A stretch of DNA of 63,990 nt, the filler included, from Folioceros fuciformis (taxonomy: Eukaryota): NCBI GenBank assembly GCA_049999805.1. It is 11 parts of 11 records of this genome, joined end to end, with 100 filler letters (N's around TTAATTAATTAA, not from the genome) between each part and the next. Parts side by side here need not be neighbours in the genome. Positions count along the whole stretch, not along the records: positions 45,222 to 50,449 come from JBNGIO010004641.1; positions 50,550 to 52,727 come from JBNGIO010004642.1; positions 52,828 to 56,842 come from JBNGIO010004645.1; positions 56,943 to 59,084 come from JBNGIO010004647.1; 7 more parts are not named here. The stretch is one strand, 5' to 3'. This document shows, piece by piece, positions 47,486-59,184 of this stretch (the first letter of the stretch is position 1; each line of letters opens with the position of its first letter). The notes under the pieces were generated by a model. That model was not told the DNA's origin, did not search any database, and saw only the letters and a program-made list of their open reading frames with translations. A program made the position numbers and the translations under genes.

Positions 47486-50143
47486 CCCAACGACTGAATG
47501 TAGTAGACCGAGATGGTCTGACTTGTACTAGATGACAATCCGAAAACGTCAATCACCTAAAGCAACCAAGACGTGCCCACCCATGCACGTCTTGTCCTAC
47601 AAGCTTCCTTCCTCCTCACGTGATGCGATTTACAAAAAGTGGGTGGGAGATGCCAGAGGATCACAGCCCTATCTTGGAGTACAGTTAGCAGTGTCAGGTG
47701 GGCACGCCATAGCATGAAGTCACATCGCATCTCGTAATACTAGCATTACCTTGTTCAAGACTCGCACGATAGGGATGGAAGTACATCGCATATTCTATTC
47801 TTACAGTGCCCAGGCCACATGATAGCGATGGACGTAGATTGCATCTTTCAATGCATTAAAGTACAGGACCTGCATGTGTGCAAGACCTCCCTCCCGTGTG
47901 CAACAAAAGACCTCCCTCTCATGTGCAACAAACTCCATGATTCTACATGTTCATCATCAAATAATGAACATTCGTCCAACAACTGTCAAAGTTGGAGCTA
48001 CAGATGAGCATACACACTCTTCCTCAAGACACAAACCACCAAATGAATGAATGTCTCATGCTCTCAAACAAGACCAAGTTCCTTCCTCTTCCAAAGGTCA
48101 GAAAGCACTCCACCAAGAACTCATTCACTCACCACCTGGTGCTACCACCACCAAGCTCTTCCTAAACACAACCTCCATCACACAAAGCAAGATCAAAACC
48201 CCCCTTGATCCCACCCCAATGGTGGCATCCATGTACTTAGAGGCAGAAAGTAAAGCTTCCATTTGGAGGGCAGTACAGCGCATGTGCAAGGCGGTCAATA
48301 TCAAGGGCCATGGCCCATGGGCGAGGGGTCTCCCTCAGTCCTCGAGTCCAGGAGAGGACACAAAATGAGTGTGAATGAAGGAAGGCGTCGTACCGGGGCC
48401 ACCGAGCCACCGAGCCAGTGGCCCGGACCGGACCGGGCCGGGCCGGCCCTCCCCAGCCCTTCCTTCCCTGCCCTGCTCCGCCAGTGCGTCACGTTACGCG
48501 ACCCCGACACCCCAGCTACCGGACAATGATGGCAAAACGGAACGCTCAACACGCGAAAACGGAACGGGGCCAGTGGCCGTCCGTCCCGCCCGTCCCGGAT
48601 GTGACGGGCATGCAGGGTGGGTGAAGTGTCGAGCGCTGGTGTGGACACCTGCGCTTCTCGGGGACAACGTGCCTTAACACCCCTCTTTCTCACTCGCACT
48701 CGTACTGTTACTGTTACTGCTACTGTTACGCTTTCTTTGTTACTGTGCCTGTTTACTTTGTCTTATTTACTGGCGCCCGCTTCCCGGGAAGGTTCAATGC
48801 ACCTGCTTGCTCGATCTTGTAACCAATCATGCCACCCTGATTTTCTTGAAATCGTCAAATCGAATTTCATTTCGGAATTTCGGATAAGGAAATGTGCGCC
48901 ACCCCGAATAACCCAGTCGGCATATTATAATAATCCTGATGCGACGTGGATATTCCGGTCACGTGATCCCACACCCTCATCATTACGGCGTACACATACG
49001 CTCCTTGCACCTACCCTCTCTGCACAATACAATGCCACTCTAATCATAACTAGTTGCACACGTATGTATGTATGTATATATATATATTTTTTATGTGCTT
49101 CTTTTTTCATAATTTATTTTACTGGATTCCTTTCCCCTCTCACAACCAGGACAAAAGATAATCTCTTCCTTGTCGTTTCATGCGGAATATTGATAATAAT
49201 ATAAAAATCTAATTTGATAGTGACGTGACAAAAATGAATTTTATGAAATCACTTTCAAATTCAATGAATTTTAAGGGCATTATTAGAATGTGCATGCACC
49301 TGATTAGTAAAGGTAAATAATTTTTGATTCAATGTATGTAACTATTACTACTTGGTTCATTGAATAAGGAGAATAATGAAAGGATCATCTAATGTTGGTT
49401 TAATTATATTTTATGATTTATTAATTTTAAATAAAGATAGTAAAAAAAAGACTACAGCATTGAACTGAGATGGAGCAGCTCTATGTTTAGCACGATGGGC
49501 CAGAGGGAGGTAAGAGGAACATGGTTTACATGTCGTGAGGTGTGTAGATTGGTGGAAAATAGTTTAATTTTGTGATTAGCTATTCAGAAAAAAGATTTCG
49601 TGGGAACAGGAGGCGAGGCATGGCGACTCCTGGATGCGTGGCTGGGAATCGGAACTGGCAGTGGACTGTAGATCCACAGGGCGGCGTCAAACATTCATGG
49701 GATCTTGGTGGGCTCCTGCGATGGCGGCGATGGTTTACTGGGTTTGTTGGGCAGGAAGGTGGGGATGGATTGTGGGGGCTCGGTGGGGGAGTGTGGTGAT
49801 TGGAGAAACTACTGGGCATCGTTGGCCACCACGCAATTTGCAGAGGTGGAGGTGCTGGTGCAGGGATGCTTGCTGCGTGGGAGGTGGAAGTGATGGGTAA
49901 CTGGGGGAAGATGATCAGCTGCAGAGGTGACGGGTGTGGGGAATTGGGGTTCAGATTTGTGCTTCTGCTGCTTCTTCTCATTCTCCTTCTCGCAGCTGCC
50001 GAGGTCTGGGAGCCCAGCCAGAGGCTGCGGATCGAGGAAGGGCNNNNNNNNNNNNNNNNNNNNNNNNNNNNNNNNNNNNNNNNNNNNNNNNNNNNNNNNN
50101 NNNNNNNNNNNNNNNNNNNNNNNNNNNNNNNNNNNNNNNNNNN

Positions 50144-50276
50144 GTGATGTGATGTGATGTGATGTGATGTGATGTGATGTGATGTGATGTGATGTGATGT
50201 GATGTGATGTGATGTGATGTGATGTGATGTGATGTGATGTGATGTGATGTGATGTGATGTGATGTGATGTGATGTG
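50144..50276. repeat. (GTGAT)n microsatellite abutting an N gap
   Basis: About 26 perfect pentamer copies. Confidence 0.97.
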
Positions 50277-50549
50277 AGGCGGGTGTGGTTGGCCCTGTTT
50301 TGCAGGCTGGAGAAGTGCGAATGCGCATGGGATTCACCAGCGCCAGCATCTGTGGTACCGACCAGAGCGCGTTGAGCGGCGATGTGAGATTGCGATTGGG
50401 ATTGCGATTGTGATTGAGGTGGGATGGATTGCAGTAGGGTAAGCAACCGNNNNNNNNNNNNNNNNNNNNNNNNNNNNNNNNNNNNNNNNNNNNTTAATTA
50501 ATTAANNNNNNNNNNNNNNNNNNNNNNNNNNNNNNNNNNNNNNNNNNNN

Positions 50550-52213
50550 ATATGTGACAGTGTATTTGTTGTAGTCATCAATGACAGCCATGAAGTAAAG
50601 GGAACCACCAAGGGATGGTGTTGACATTGGTCCACAAAGATCCGTATGGACCATTTCCAATAGGTTAGATGCACGGTCATGTTCACCCTTCTTAGGCTTC
50701 TTCTTGACCATCTTACTATGGATGTAGGCGCCACATAATACATGTGTGTTAGTAACCTTCCAATCGAGTTTCTCACGGTACAACTCCTGCTCTATCATCT
50801 GTTTCATCTTCGTGAAATTCAGATGTGCAAGCCTTGAATGCCACAAGAGCTGAGGATCATTGTGTGTAAGACATTTGGCCAACATGGCTTGGGATGTCGA
50901 GTTGACTTGTGAATCTCCAGCGGGTGACGTGATGCAGTCCAGCTTGTATAAATCAGCCTACAAGGTACCAAGGGCCAGGATATGGTATGTCTGCGTCTCT
51001 CGCAGCTCACAATGGTTTTTGCTGAAGGAGATATTAACCATCCAGTCCCTGCAAAGATGCCGAACTGACATTAGATTTTTACACATCTGTGGGACGTGTA
51101 GCACTTGGTGGAGCAAGTGGGTGGATCCATCTTGCAGCTGAATTTGCATGGTGCCGCAGCCAGCAAATGCAAGTCCACTCCCATCTCCAAGTAGGACAAA
51201 GTGTCAAGGTGCATAGGTGTTATATTTGATGAAGCCTTCTCTCATGTAGCATATGTGTGCGAAAGCACCTGAGTTGACAAACCAATGTTTTTGATCAGCC
51301 TTGGTGTGTGCGAGGAACATAGTAGGAATGGTATTTGGATTTGTCGTTTTGGCCCGGGCAGCAACATGAGCCTCAAGTGCTCTCCTCGGCTCCCCGGCTT
51401 TTTTCTTTTTGCAGTCAGCCTCTATGTGGCCTAGAAGATGGCATCAATTACAGGTGAGTTTCCTATGGTTGGGGTTTGGCAGAGCTTGACTTCATTTGTC
51501 TTGCCTCTGACCTGCGATGGTGATCTTGTGGTAAAGCAGCCACCATGACCCCCTCTTCCTCCTCTGCCAACACAAAGGACTTGGTTGTGCGAACCTTAGC
51601 CTCCATGGGTTGAGTGCATGGTCACTTCCTCCTCGAGCAAAGCACCAATTGTGTTGGATAAAGACATAGTAGTAGTAGTAGTAGCAGTCCTCAAGCTGCT
51701 GCTTTGTTTGCTGACAAATACACGGTATTTGTCTGGCAATGACATGAGCAAAGCCACCGAAGCTTGCAACTCCGTGGCTGTTGTACCTGCGGATGCTAGC
51801 TTCTATCTAAGGTGGCGAAACCGCATCACATGCTCCTCAACACTATCTGTGTCTTTCATTTTACAATTCCAAAAAGATTTGGTGGCATGTACCAGGGAGG
51901 ATTGATTTGTAGTCGCAAACATTTGCGACAAAGCTGTCCATGCCATGTGGGATCCAGATGCATCATCAATGTGGTGGATCATTGAACTATCGATGGTGGC
52001 CTCTAGTATGGCCCTTTCTCTAAGATCTTTCTTTGTCCAAGCTGCAACATCGGCCTGCTGTGCGTTGGCCCCTGGCTTAGAGATTGTGCCATCCACGATG
52101 TCCCACAACTCCTCGACTTGCAGCAAGGTCTTGACCCTACAAGCCCAGACGTCATAATTTGCCCCGGAAAACCGATCCTTGTCCTTGAAATCAAGTTGTG
52201 TCACACTCGCCAT
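50550..52213 (-). mobile_element. Ty1/copia gag-protease-integrase fragment, degenerate
   Basis: gag ATG 52213 (DFKDKDRFSGANYDVW), CN*CHLLGHIEADC, WFVNSGAFAHIC, LWHSRLAH, VHTDLCGPM, IDDYNKY. Confidence 0.92.
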
Positions 52214-52541
52214 GGTAACCCCTTGGATGCGGTAATATGCTGGTGATTGTGTTAGCCAGGTAGGCAGCGTCTTTGAGAGCCATTGCCTTGAGATTGTGAA
52301 TTTCGAAGGTGGTAACTCGAAATGGGCTCTCACTAGCGAGGTATCCGAATGTGGTCCTCTGCTTCTACCTTGTGGCCTCTTAGCTGAAAGTGACTTCTTC
52401 AGAGGCATTAAAATGGCCACAAGTTGCATCAGGTGGCCCTGGGCTGACCTTGATTTGCCACTCCATGCCATACATTGCTGCCTTGTGTTTCAGAGAGGAG
52501 GGTGACTATGGTTGCCCGTCCTCCCTTGGAGATCCGAAGGG

Positions 52542-52727
52542 TGTGAACCTCCAAAGTTTGGGGTAGTAGTTTGTTTTGGTTGAAAAAGGGTTAATAGTGG
52601 TATGGTTTGGTTTTCTTTTTCAACTTATTTTCCCTAATTTTCCTTGATTTTCTGGTCATTTTTCCTATTTTTCTTTGTGGTAATTGGGTTAATTGACCAG
52701 GAAATAGTGGGTTTGGTTATAAGAGTG
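52542..52727. mobile_element. Terminus of a young repeat (probable LTR starting TG), also present at 59013-59084
   Basis: 72 bp identical in both places (TGTGAACCTCCAAAGTTTGGGGTAG...); both copies run into contig ends. Confidence 0.7.
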
Positions 52728-52827
52728 NNNNNNNNNNNNNNNNNNNNNNNNNNNNNNNNNNNNNNNNNNNNTTAATTAATTAANNNNNNNNNNNNNNNNN
52801 NNNNNNNNNNNNNNNNNNNNNNNNNNN

Positions 52828-54973
52828 CCTCGTGAATACGCACGGTGACTGGACTGCGGGAGAGACTACTCACAGAACAAGGAGAGACCGACGGCGTGCT
52901 CAATGGGGAAGCTGTGTCATGAGTCCTGTTCACTGTGAGAAAATCTGTGATCGAGGTCTGAACGGTTATGGCAATCTGCGCCACCTGCATGTCGATTCCA
53001 ACCACTCCAATGAGATCTCCGTCCACAGAAAAGGCTGCAAGTTCATCACCACCCAGTTCAAACAGAATTATCAGGACGTTGTGGACAACTACAAGTCAGC
53101 AGCGGTAAGGCAGGCGACGATATATAAATACCCGCATAGGCGACGGTGATGACAGTCCCTAGGAAACCATAATCTTGGTAAGGCAGCTGCCAAAATGCCT
53201 GTTGAGGCGTTGACAGGTTCCGGGATTGAGCCATGAAGGTGAAGTATGACTTGATGGCAAATAGCGGGTCTTCCAAGGAGGTGATGTGTATAGTCTCGTT
53301 GAGCACATTGGTCACCTGGCAAGCAACAGGAGTGGGTCCCGTATCCTTGATCTCATACAGGAACAAGGTGATGTTACTGTCATTGAGTTGTTGCAGGAGA
53401 GGTGAGAGCTCCTCAGTAGAAGATGGGGATTTGCCATCTGTGAACACAAGTATAATCTGCGATTCATGGCACATATGTGTCAAAAACATTTGCCCTGTGC
53501 ACGTGGGGTCTAAACATTTGCATGAGTGAATGCCATCTTTGAAAGTGTTTCAACAGCTCGTTAGAACATCGCGTGCCTTGAGCGCCCCATTCGGTGACCC
53601 GTTGTTAAAGACCTGCAGGGCTCCTGATATACCGGCCGTCAAGTTGGAAACACTGGCAGACGCATTCACCTTCAGTTCCACAATCTGTTGGAAGAGTGGA
53701 TCAGTCTTGTTTACACCATCAGTTTCTGCTACCACAAGCTGCAGGACAAACATCAGCATCTGACAGCTCGATCGTAGGACACATTTACAGTAATGAAGGA
53801 GCTAACCTAAGGACTTCTCCCTTGCGCAGAGCCCGTGCACTTCAAGAGTAGTCTACCTGGCCCAACAATGTAGCTTCGACAGGGGTGCTGTAGGATAAGA
53901 CCGTAGCACGGTCCTGATGGACCAGTGTAAGCAGCAGCTGCCCCGTGATATTCTTCGCAACTTGTAAGGCACTTGCGATTACAAAATATCCAGATTTGTC
54001 GTCCATTGAGGACGCCACATCGACAAGCACCACAAGGTCTTTGAGAACCGAAATGGCGCCCAAGTACCATGGTCTGATCCTCGGATCGTAAGCGTTGCAG
54101 TCTTCAACTTCCTGAGAAGAACAGGAGAAGCCAGAGCAGTTCAACACACCCCTACAGACTACAGACAGTGTACTGGAGAATACCACAGGTTGGAAAACTC
54201 GAGCAAACAAACCACACCTGCACACATACTCACTGTTCCGGGATAGAAGCGAAAGGTGCCATCCACAGTTCCGAAGTATGAGTTATAGTACACACCGTCG
54301 GCGGCATTCCTGTGGATCGCTGCGAACGTTTGATCCAGCATTCGCTGTGCACATATTGTGGAGAGCCTTTCCTCCGTCAGACTGGTGTCCAGGGGACCAG
54401 GTACTCTGCGAACGGATGAGGCATTCCGTATCAAGCGCGTACGACCTGGTTGTAAAGGCCCTGCTTAACCTCAAGAACAGAAGCCAGAGCGAGCCCGTGC
54501 TGACCTGACAAAGCTCCTCTTGTAATCAGCCCTCAGGCTGTTGCAATATCCCTGGCCGCCGACAACAGCGCAAGCCGAGTTATTCACCACATTCACGCAC
54601 TTGTAATCGTGATCATCATCCAGCCGCCTGTAGCAGGCAGCTCTGCTGCAAGCCGATGCGGTGCAGTTGCTCCTAAGATCTACACAACAAGGGACGGTTG
54701 TCTACATGCCCAAAAATTCGAACCTGCACAACCTGGCTGCAACGGTCTAGCGTAATTCACTGTACAGCTCCATAGCCTACCGCAACTGGCCGCATCGTTC
54801 AGCACAGCTTGCTGAGCAATGGCCCGCACCTCGCTCTCCCGCTGCAGGACATACGTCTCACCAGCCGATTGCGCAGCCACACCGCACTTTCCGCCGACGC
54901 TTGCAATCAGGCAACACATGTGCAGCACAAGCCGAAGAAACCGCCACCAGTCCTCCATTCTCCAACACCTCAT
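52828..54973 (-). CDS. alpha2delta/CACHD1-like secreted or membrane protein (VWA inserted in dCache), multi-exon, 3' end cut by the contig end
   Basis: Signal-like N-terminus; SFVRVPG; YFGTVDGTFRFYPG; YDPRIRPWY..KDLVVLVDVASSM; IILVFTDG; WQLPYQD..GTVITVAYA; DGDLIGVVGID; consistent splice sites. Confidence 0.8.
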
Positions 54974-55926
54974 CACGTCTTCAGGACAGCTCTAACCGTC
55001 TAAACCTGCTCGGATCTTGGGACAGCACGTTCCAGACAGGACGGATCCTCCAAAGTCCCATGTCCACTGACGGCAACCTCTCTACGGACCACTCGACCTT
55101 CGAGTGGTCAGCACTGTCAACACGGAGAAAACTGACGGGGTCGGCACAACCGGGCGATCTAGTTAACTCAACCTTAACGCGCGCCCCGGTCAGCATAAGA
55201 CCGTGTCTTGGGATACACCGGCCGGGCCCGGCCTTGGGAGATCCTTAGAGCTTGCCATGATCGGATTCCCTACTAGCAGAAACAGCATCAGATTCTGATT
55301 GCATTTGCTGCGCTCGCCAGTTTTTGTACTGGGCGCTGTAGGCATAGCCGCAATCGAATGTGATTTTCATGGCTTCTCCGATATGTAATTTTGCTGGAGC
55401 TTTTGTGAGGGAGTATTGGCTAGCAAGCATCCATAGCTTTCCGTACTAGGAATGGACTGCTTTAGGAGTCAAGGATAGCTGTGTGGACTTCAGATTGTCC
55501 GTCCACGTCGGTGCCTGGAATCAAGCTTGCTCCGGATCGCAGGCACAGCGACGGACCAGGATCCTGAACATCCTTATAAAATACCCAATGAAGGAATTCA
55601 ATCTGGTGGCCACGTTCCACTCCTATCAACTGTACTTGGCATTGAATGGGGAGACACTGGAGTCCAGGTGAAGACGAGGGGTTGGTGTCGACGGGTAGTG
55701 CTGTAGTACCAAGACACCGGGTCCACAGGCCAGGTGTTGGCACAGTCCATTCAGAGACACATGGCCTAACCGGGCAGTCGAGTCAGGTTCAAACCACATG
55801 TTCCTGGAATCCTGCATAGGATAGGGTACGAGAAGGAGGACAAGGAAGAAGTAGTCTCCCCGCTACGTTACCGGTAGTTTACAGAAGGACAGACGTGATT
55901 CACCGGAGGAAACCGAATCTCTCGCT

Positions 55927-56842
55927 TCATATCCTGGGCCCGCGCTCTGGAGGGCTCCGGTTGGCGTCGGCCGGGGATCCAAGTCCGGGTGAAAAGGGCG
56001 CGAAAGGCTTGACGGGCTCGACTGCCCTCCGTGACGGCGCCCAATACCTCTTGCAACAGAAGTAGCATACGGCGATGACCGCCAGAGCACCTCCAACAGC
56101 TGATGGTATGATCCACCTCAGGGGGATTGAGTGCGAGTCAGAGAAACTGACACCTCCGCAACCGGGGCAGCATAACAGATCTGTGAAGTTGTGAACATTA
56201 TCTGTCTGCTTGCACACTGGAGTGGCAGTAGCCGAGGCACCATTGCAGATATTGGTAGCGGTCTGCACGGTCTGCGGCCAAGTGCACTTTTGTGAGCCTA
56301 GGCAGACTGATGCATACGCAAGGAAACTGAGCGGGAGAGCGGACACTCACAGGACAAGAGGACACCGACGGCGCGCCCAATCGGTAGGTTATTGGGGGTG
56401 CAATAACCCTGTTGTTTATCAAGAACTCGGTGATCTCTGCCTGGAGGGCTGGGGAGATCAGGTTCACCTGCATATCGACTCCGGCTACTCCAATAAGCTC
56501 ACCCTTTGCAGATATTGCTGCAAGTTCATCACCACCAAGTTCTGTCAGCACACGGCCGTGGTGGCCAATTCTCACCAGCCATGAAGCAACCCATAACAGT
56601 ACCAGGATATGCGACGGTGATGACTTGCCCTCGGAGACTGAAATCTTCGTAAGGCAGCTGCCAATATGTCTGCTGTTGAGGCACTGCCAGGAGTCGAGAT
56701 TGCGCCAAGAAGGTGAAATAAGACTTGATGGAATAAAGAGAATTCTCCAAGGAATTGATGTCGACCGTCTCGACGTGCCCATGGGCCACCTGGCAAGCAA
56801 CAGCAGCCAGCGTAGGATCCGTGTCCTTGATAGCGTAGACGA
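55927..56842 (-). CDS. 3' part of a tandem paralog of the alpha2delta/CACHD1-like gene, with Cys-rich stalk, TM helix and short tail
   Basis: SIKSYFTFLAQSR, YWQLPYED..VITVAYP, GELIGVAGVD, WIIPSAVGGALAVIAVCYFCC-KRYW; same intron positions as the paralog. Confidence 0.8.
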
Positions 56843-57199
56843 NNNNNNNNNNNNNNNNNNNNNNNNNNNNNNNNNNNNNNNNNNNNTTAATTAATTAANN
56901 NNNNNNNNNNNNNNNNNNNNNNNNNNNNNNNNNNNNNNNNNNAAAATTGGTTTTCATTTTTCTACATGATTTTCTTCCTTTTTCTAAACCTATGTGAAAA
57001 TAGAAGATAATAAAATTTAATTTTTATAAATATATAAGAACTAAATTCATTGTGAGGTTTGAGAAAGCTCTTCTATTAAGTCGCATAGAAGCGACGATGG
57101 GGACCTCAGCAAATAGAGCTTCAAAGGTCCGTGGCTCACCTAGGTAATGATACGTACAAATTTTAGCCATTGAACCTAGAGACCATTGTAAGAGCCGAA

Positions 57200-57414
57200 G
57201 CTTTGATACCAAGTTAGAATTGCATGCTGAAACGTCTTAAGCAAAGATGCTATATTACCAATGAATTAAGTGTGTTCATAGATGGGCTTTTATAGGTGGT
57301 CTCTTAAGGGGTGTGTCCTTTCGCTAGCCTGGCTAACTACCTATACTAACAGCTAGGTCTAGCTGATTAACCATATTGGTATAAAACCAACGTGGTATGC
57401 TATTATTTCTAACT
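57200..57414 (-). mobile_element. LTR (57212-57414) with AGT...ACT termini + PBS (57200-57211)
   Basis: Minus strand AGTTAGAAAT...ATTCTAACT immediately followed by TGGTATCAAAGC. Confidence 0.65.
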
Positions 57415-57649
57415 ATTATGCACAGAAGAGGCAAAACCCCTTCCTCAATCCTGCCTTTCGCAATCACTCTGGCCAAGTAATTAGTCCAGGCCTCATCCAC
57501 CTTTTGTATTTAAGCATCTGGAGTCAAAAATGATGTAGGCCACAGATTTTCTAGCTTCAGCAACACAATCTCCTTTACTACTTTCTTATCACATGCACCC
57601 TCCCTCACCTGTGTTAATGGATTCTCCTTGCTACTGAATGGATAATCTG

Positions 57650-59012
57650 CCTGTAACCCTACTGACTAGCTAGTTACCGTAGACCGTAATGAATAGTGTT
57701 TAATAATTACGAACGGGTGTGCCTCTTTGGAAGATACACTATTTAAAACACACTTTGTATACACCTTTTGCAAATTAAAACACAAAATATCTTTATGAGC
57801 ATTGCATCTTGATATGTTAGACTAGATGCAATCCAAATCATACTAGATTAGATGCAATCTTATTGCTAGGATTTTCACATGGTATCAAAGCCTCGGCTCA
57901 CATGATCTTCTGATCATGGCTAGAAACATGTTGTTGAGGTTGTGCAAGTGATATTCAAAGTTCTGAGAACTTACCCGCTTGCTGATAGATCTTCTTGACG
58001 AGCTTTTACAGCTCTGCAAAAGAAATCATGCATCAAATCATGATAGTTTTTTTTTTGTACGAATTACGAGAAGAATCTTGCATATGCTAGTCGAGACCTA
58101 TCGATTTGGAATAGGGAAAATCTACGCTGAAAGAAGGTTTTGTATCCTAGAATGTCTAGGAAACATAGTGCCTAGGCTTAGAAAATGCTATCAAAATTTT
58201 TCCTATAAAGTTAGTGCACCATAGCAGGTCATCCATCGAGGTCTTGATCTAGGCCCAGAGCACTTAATTCTAGAGTCTTGAATGAGTACGGGCCACCCTC
58301 TCCACTCTGCTTTGCGGGCATTCAAAATTTGCATATTTTTTGTAGATATCAACCGTTAGAGAGTCTCAATGGGATTAAAAAAGCCACGGGAGAGGCACCG
58401 TGCCCCTCCCTTCCTTTCTCCCTCCGCGCTTCAACTCTACAAGACATCTTCCAGAGAATTCTTCAGGATATCATGGTGAGAACCCGCCAATCCAGCACAC
58501 GGTGCTCTCGCCATCCTGAGGCACGTGCGCCCAGGCCAGCCCGTTCAAGAGCTCACCCCCAATCCGCTCCCTTCCGACACCTGCAGAAGAAGAGGGGCAT
58601 AAGGCAGGAGGCACGCATAGCCTACCCAGGGGTGCCCCTTTTGAAGCCAAATCTGAGCAAAATTGGTCAAGATCTAAGAAGGAATTGAGTGCATATGCCG
58701 AATTGCATGATGACGGCCAATTCACAGCGAATTTTGATCAGAAATTGGGCAGCTTCACAACAGATTTACGACAGGAGGAGACGTCTTGGCATAGGGGATC
58801 TTGTCGACTTGTGTGATCAACCATGGATGATGTTACACAAGGCCTGAAGTGTCTAGGTTGTGATAGGATATGGATTCCTGTTAGAAAGTTCTCTAAAAGA
58901 TAGTCATGTTTGCATGCAATGCACTGCCTCGATTCTAACATAATCTCCTTCGAGTCTCTAGCTAGTGCTCCACTTCCTTTAGATAGCTCAAAAAGAAAGA
59001 TGGCAAGAGAGT
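57650..59012 (+). mobile_element. LTR end, PBS (57880-57891) and leader with a decayed extra ORF (from ATG 58473) of an LTR retrotransposon
   Basis: TTTTCACA-TGGTATCAAAGC; ORF MVRTRQSSTR..; LTR start uncertain. Confidence 0.6.
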
Positions 59013-59184
59013 TGTGAACCTCCAAAGTTTGGGGTAGTAGTTTGTTTTGGTTGAAAAAGGGTTAATAGTGGTATGGTTTGGTTTNNNNNNNNNNNNNNNN
59101 NNNNNNNNNNNNNNNNNNNNNNNNNNNNTTAATTAATTAANNNNNNNNNNNNNNNNNNNNNNNNNNNNNNNNNNNNNNNNNNNN

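Noticed and set aside
49580-50446. His-rich protein (HHITS repeats)
   Set aside because: Translation of the (GTGAT)n microsatellite across an N gap.
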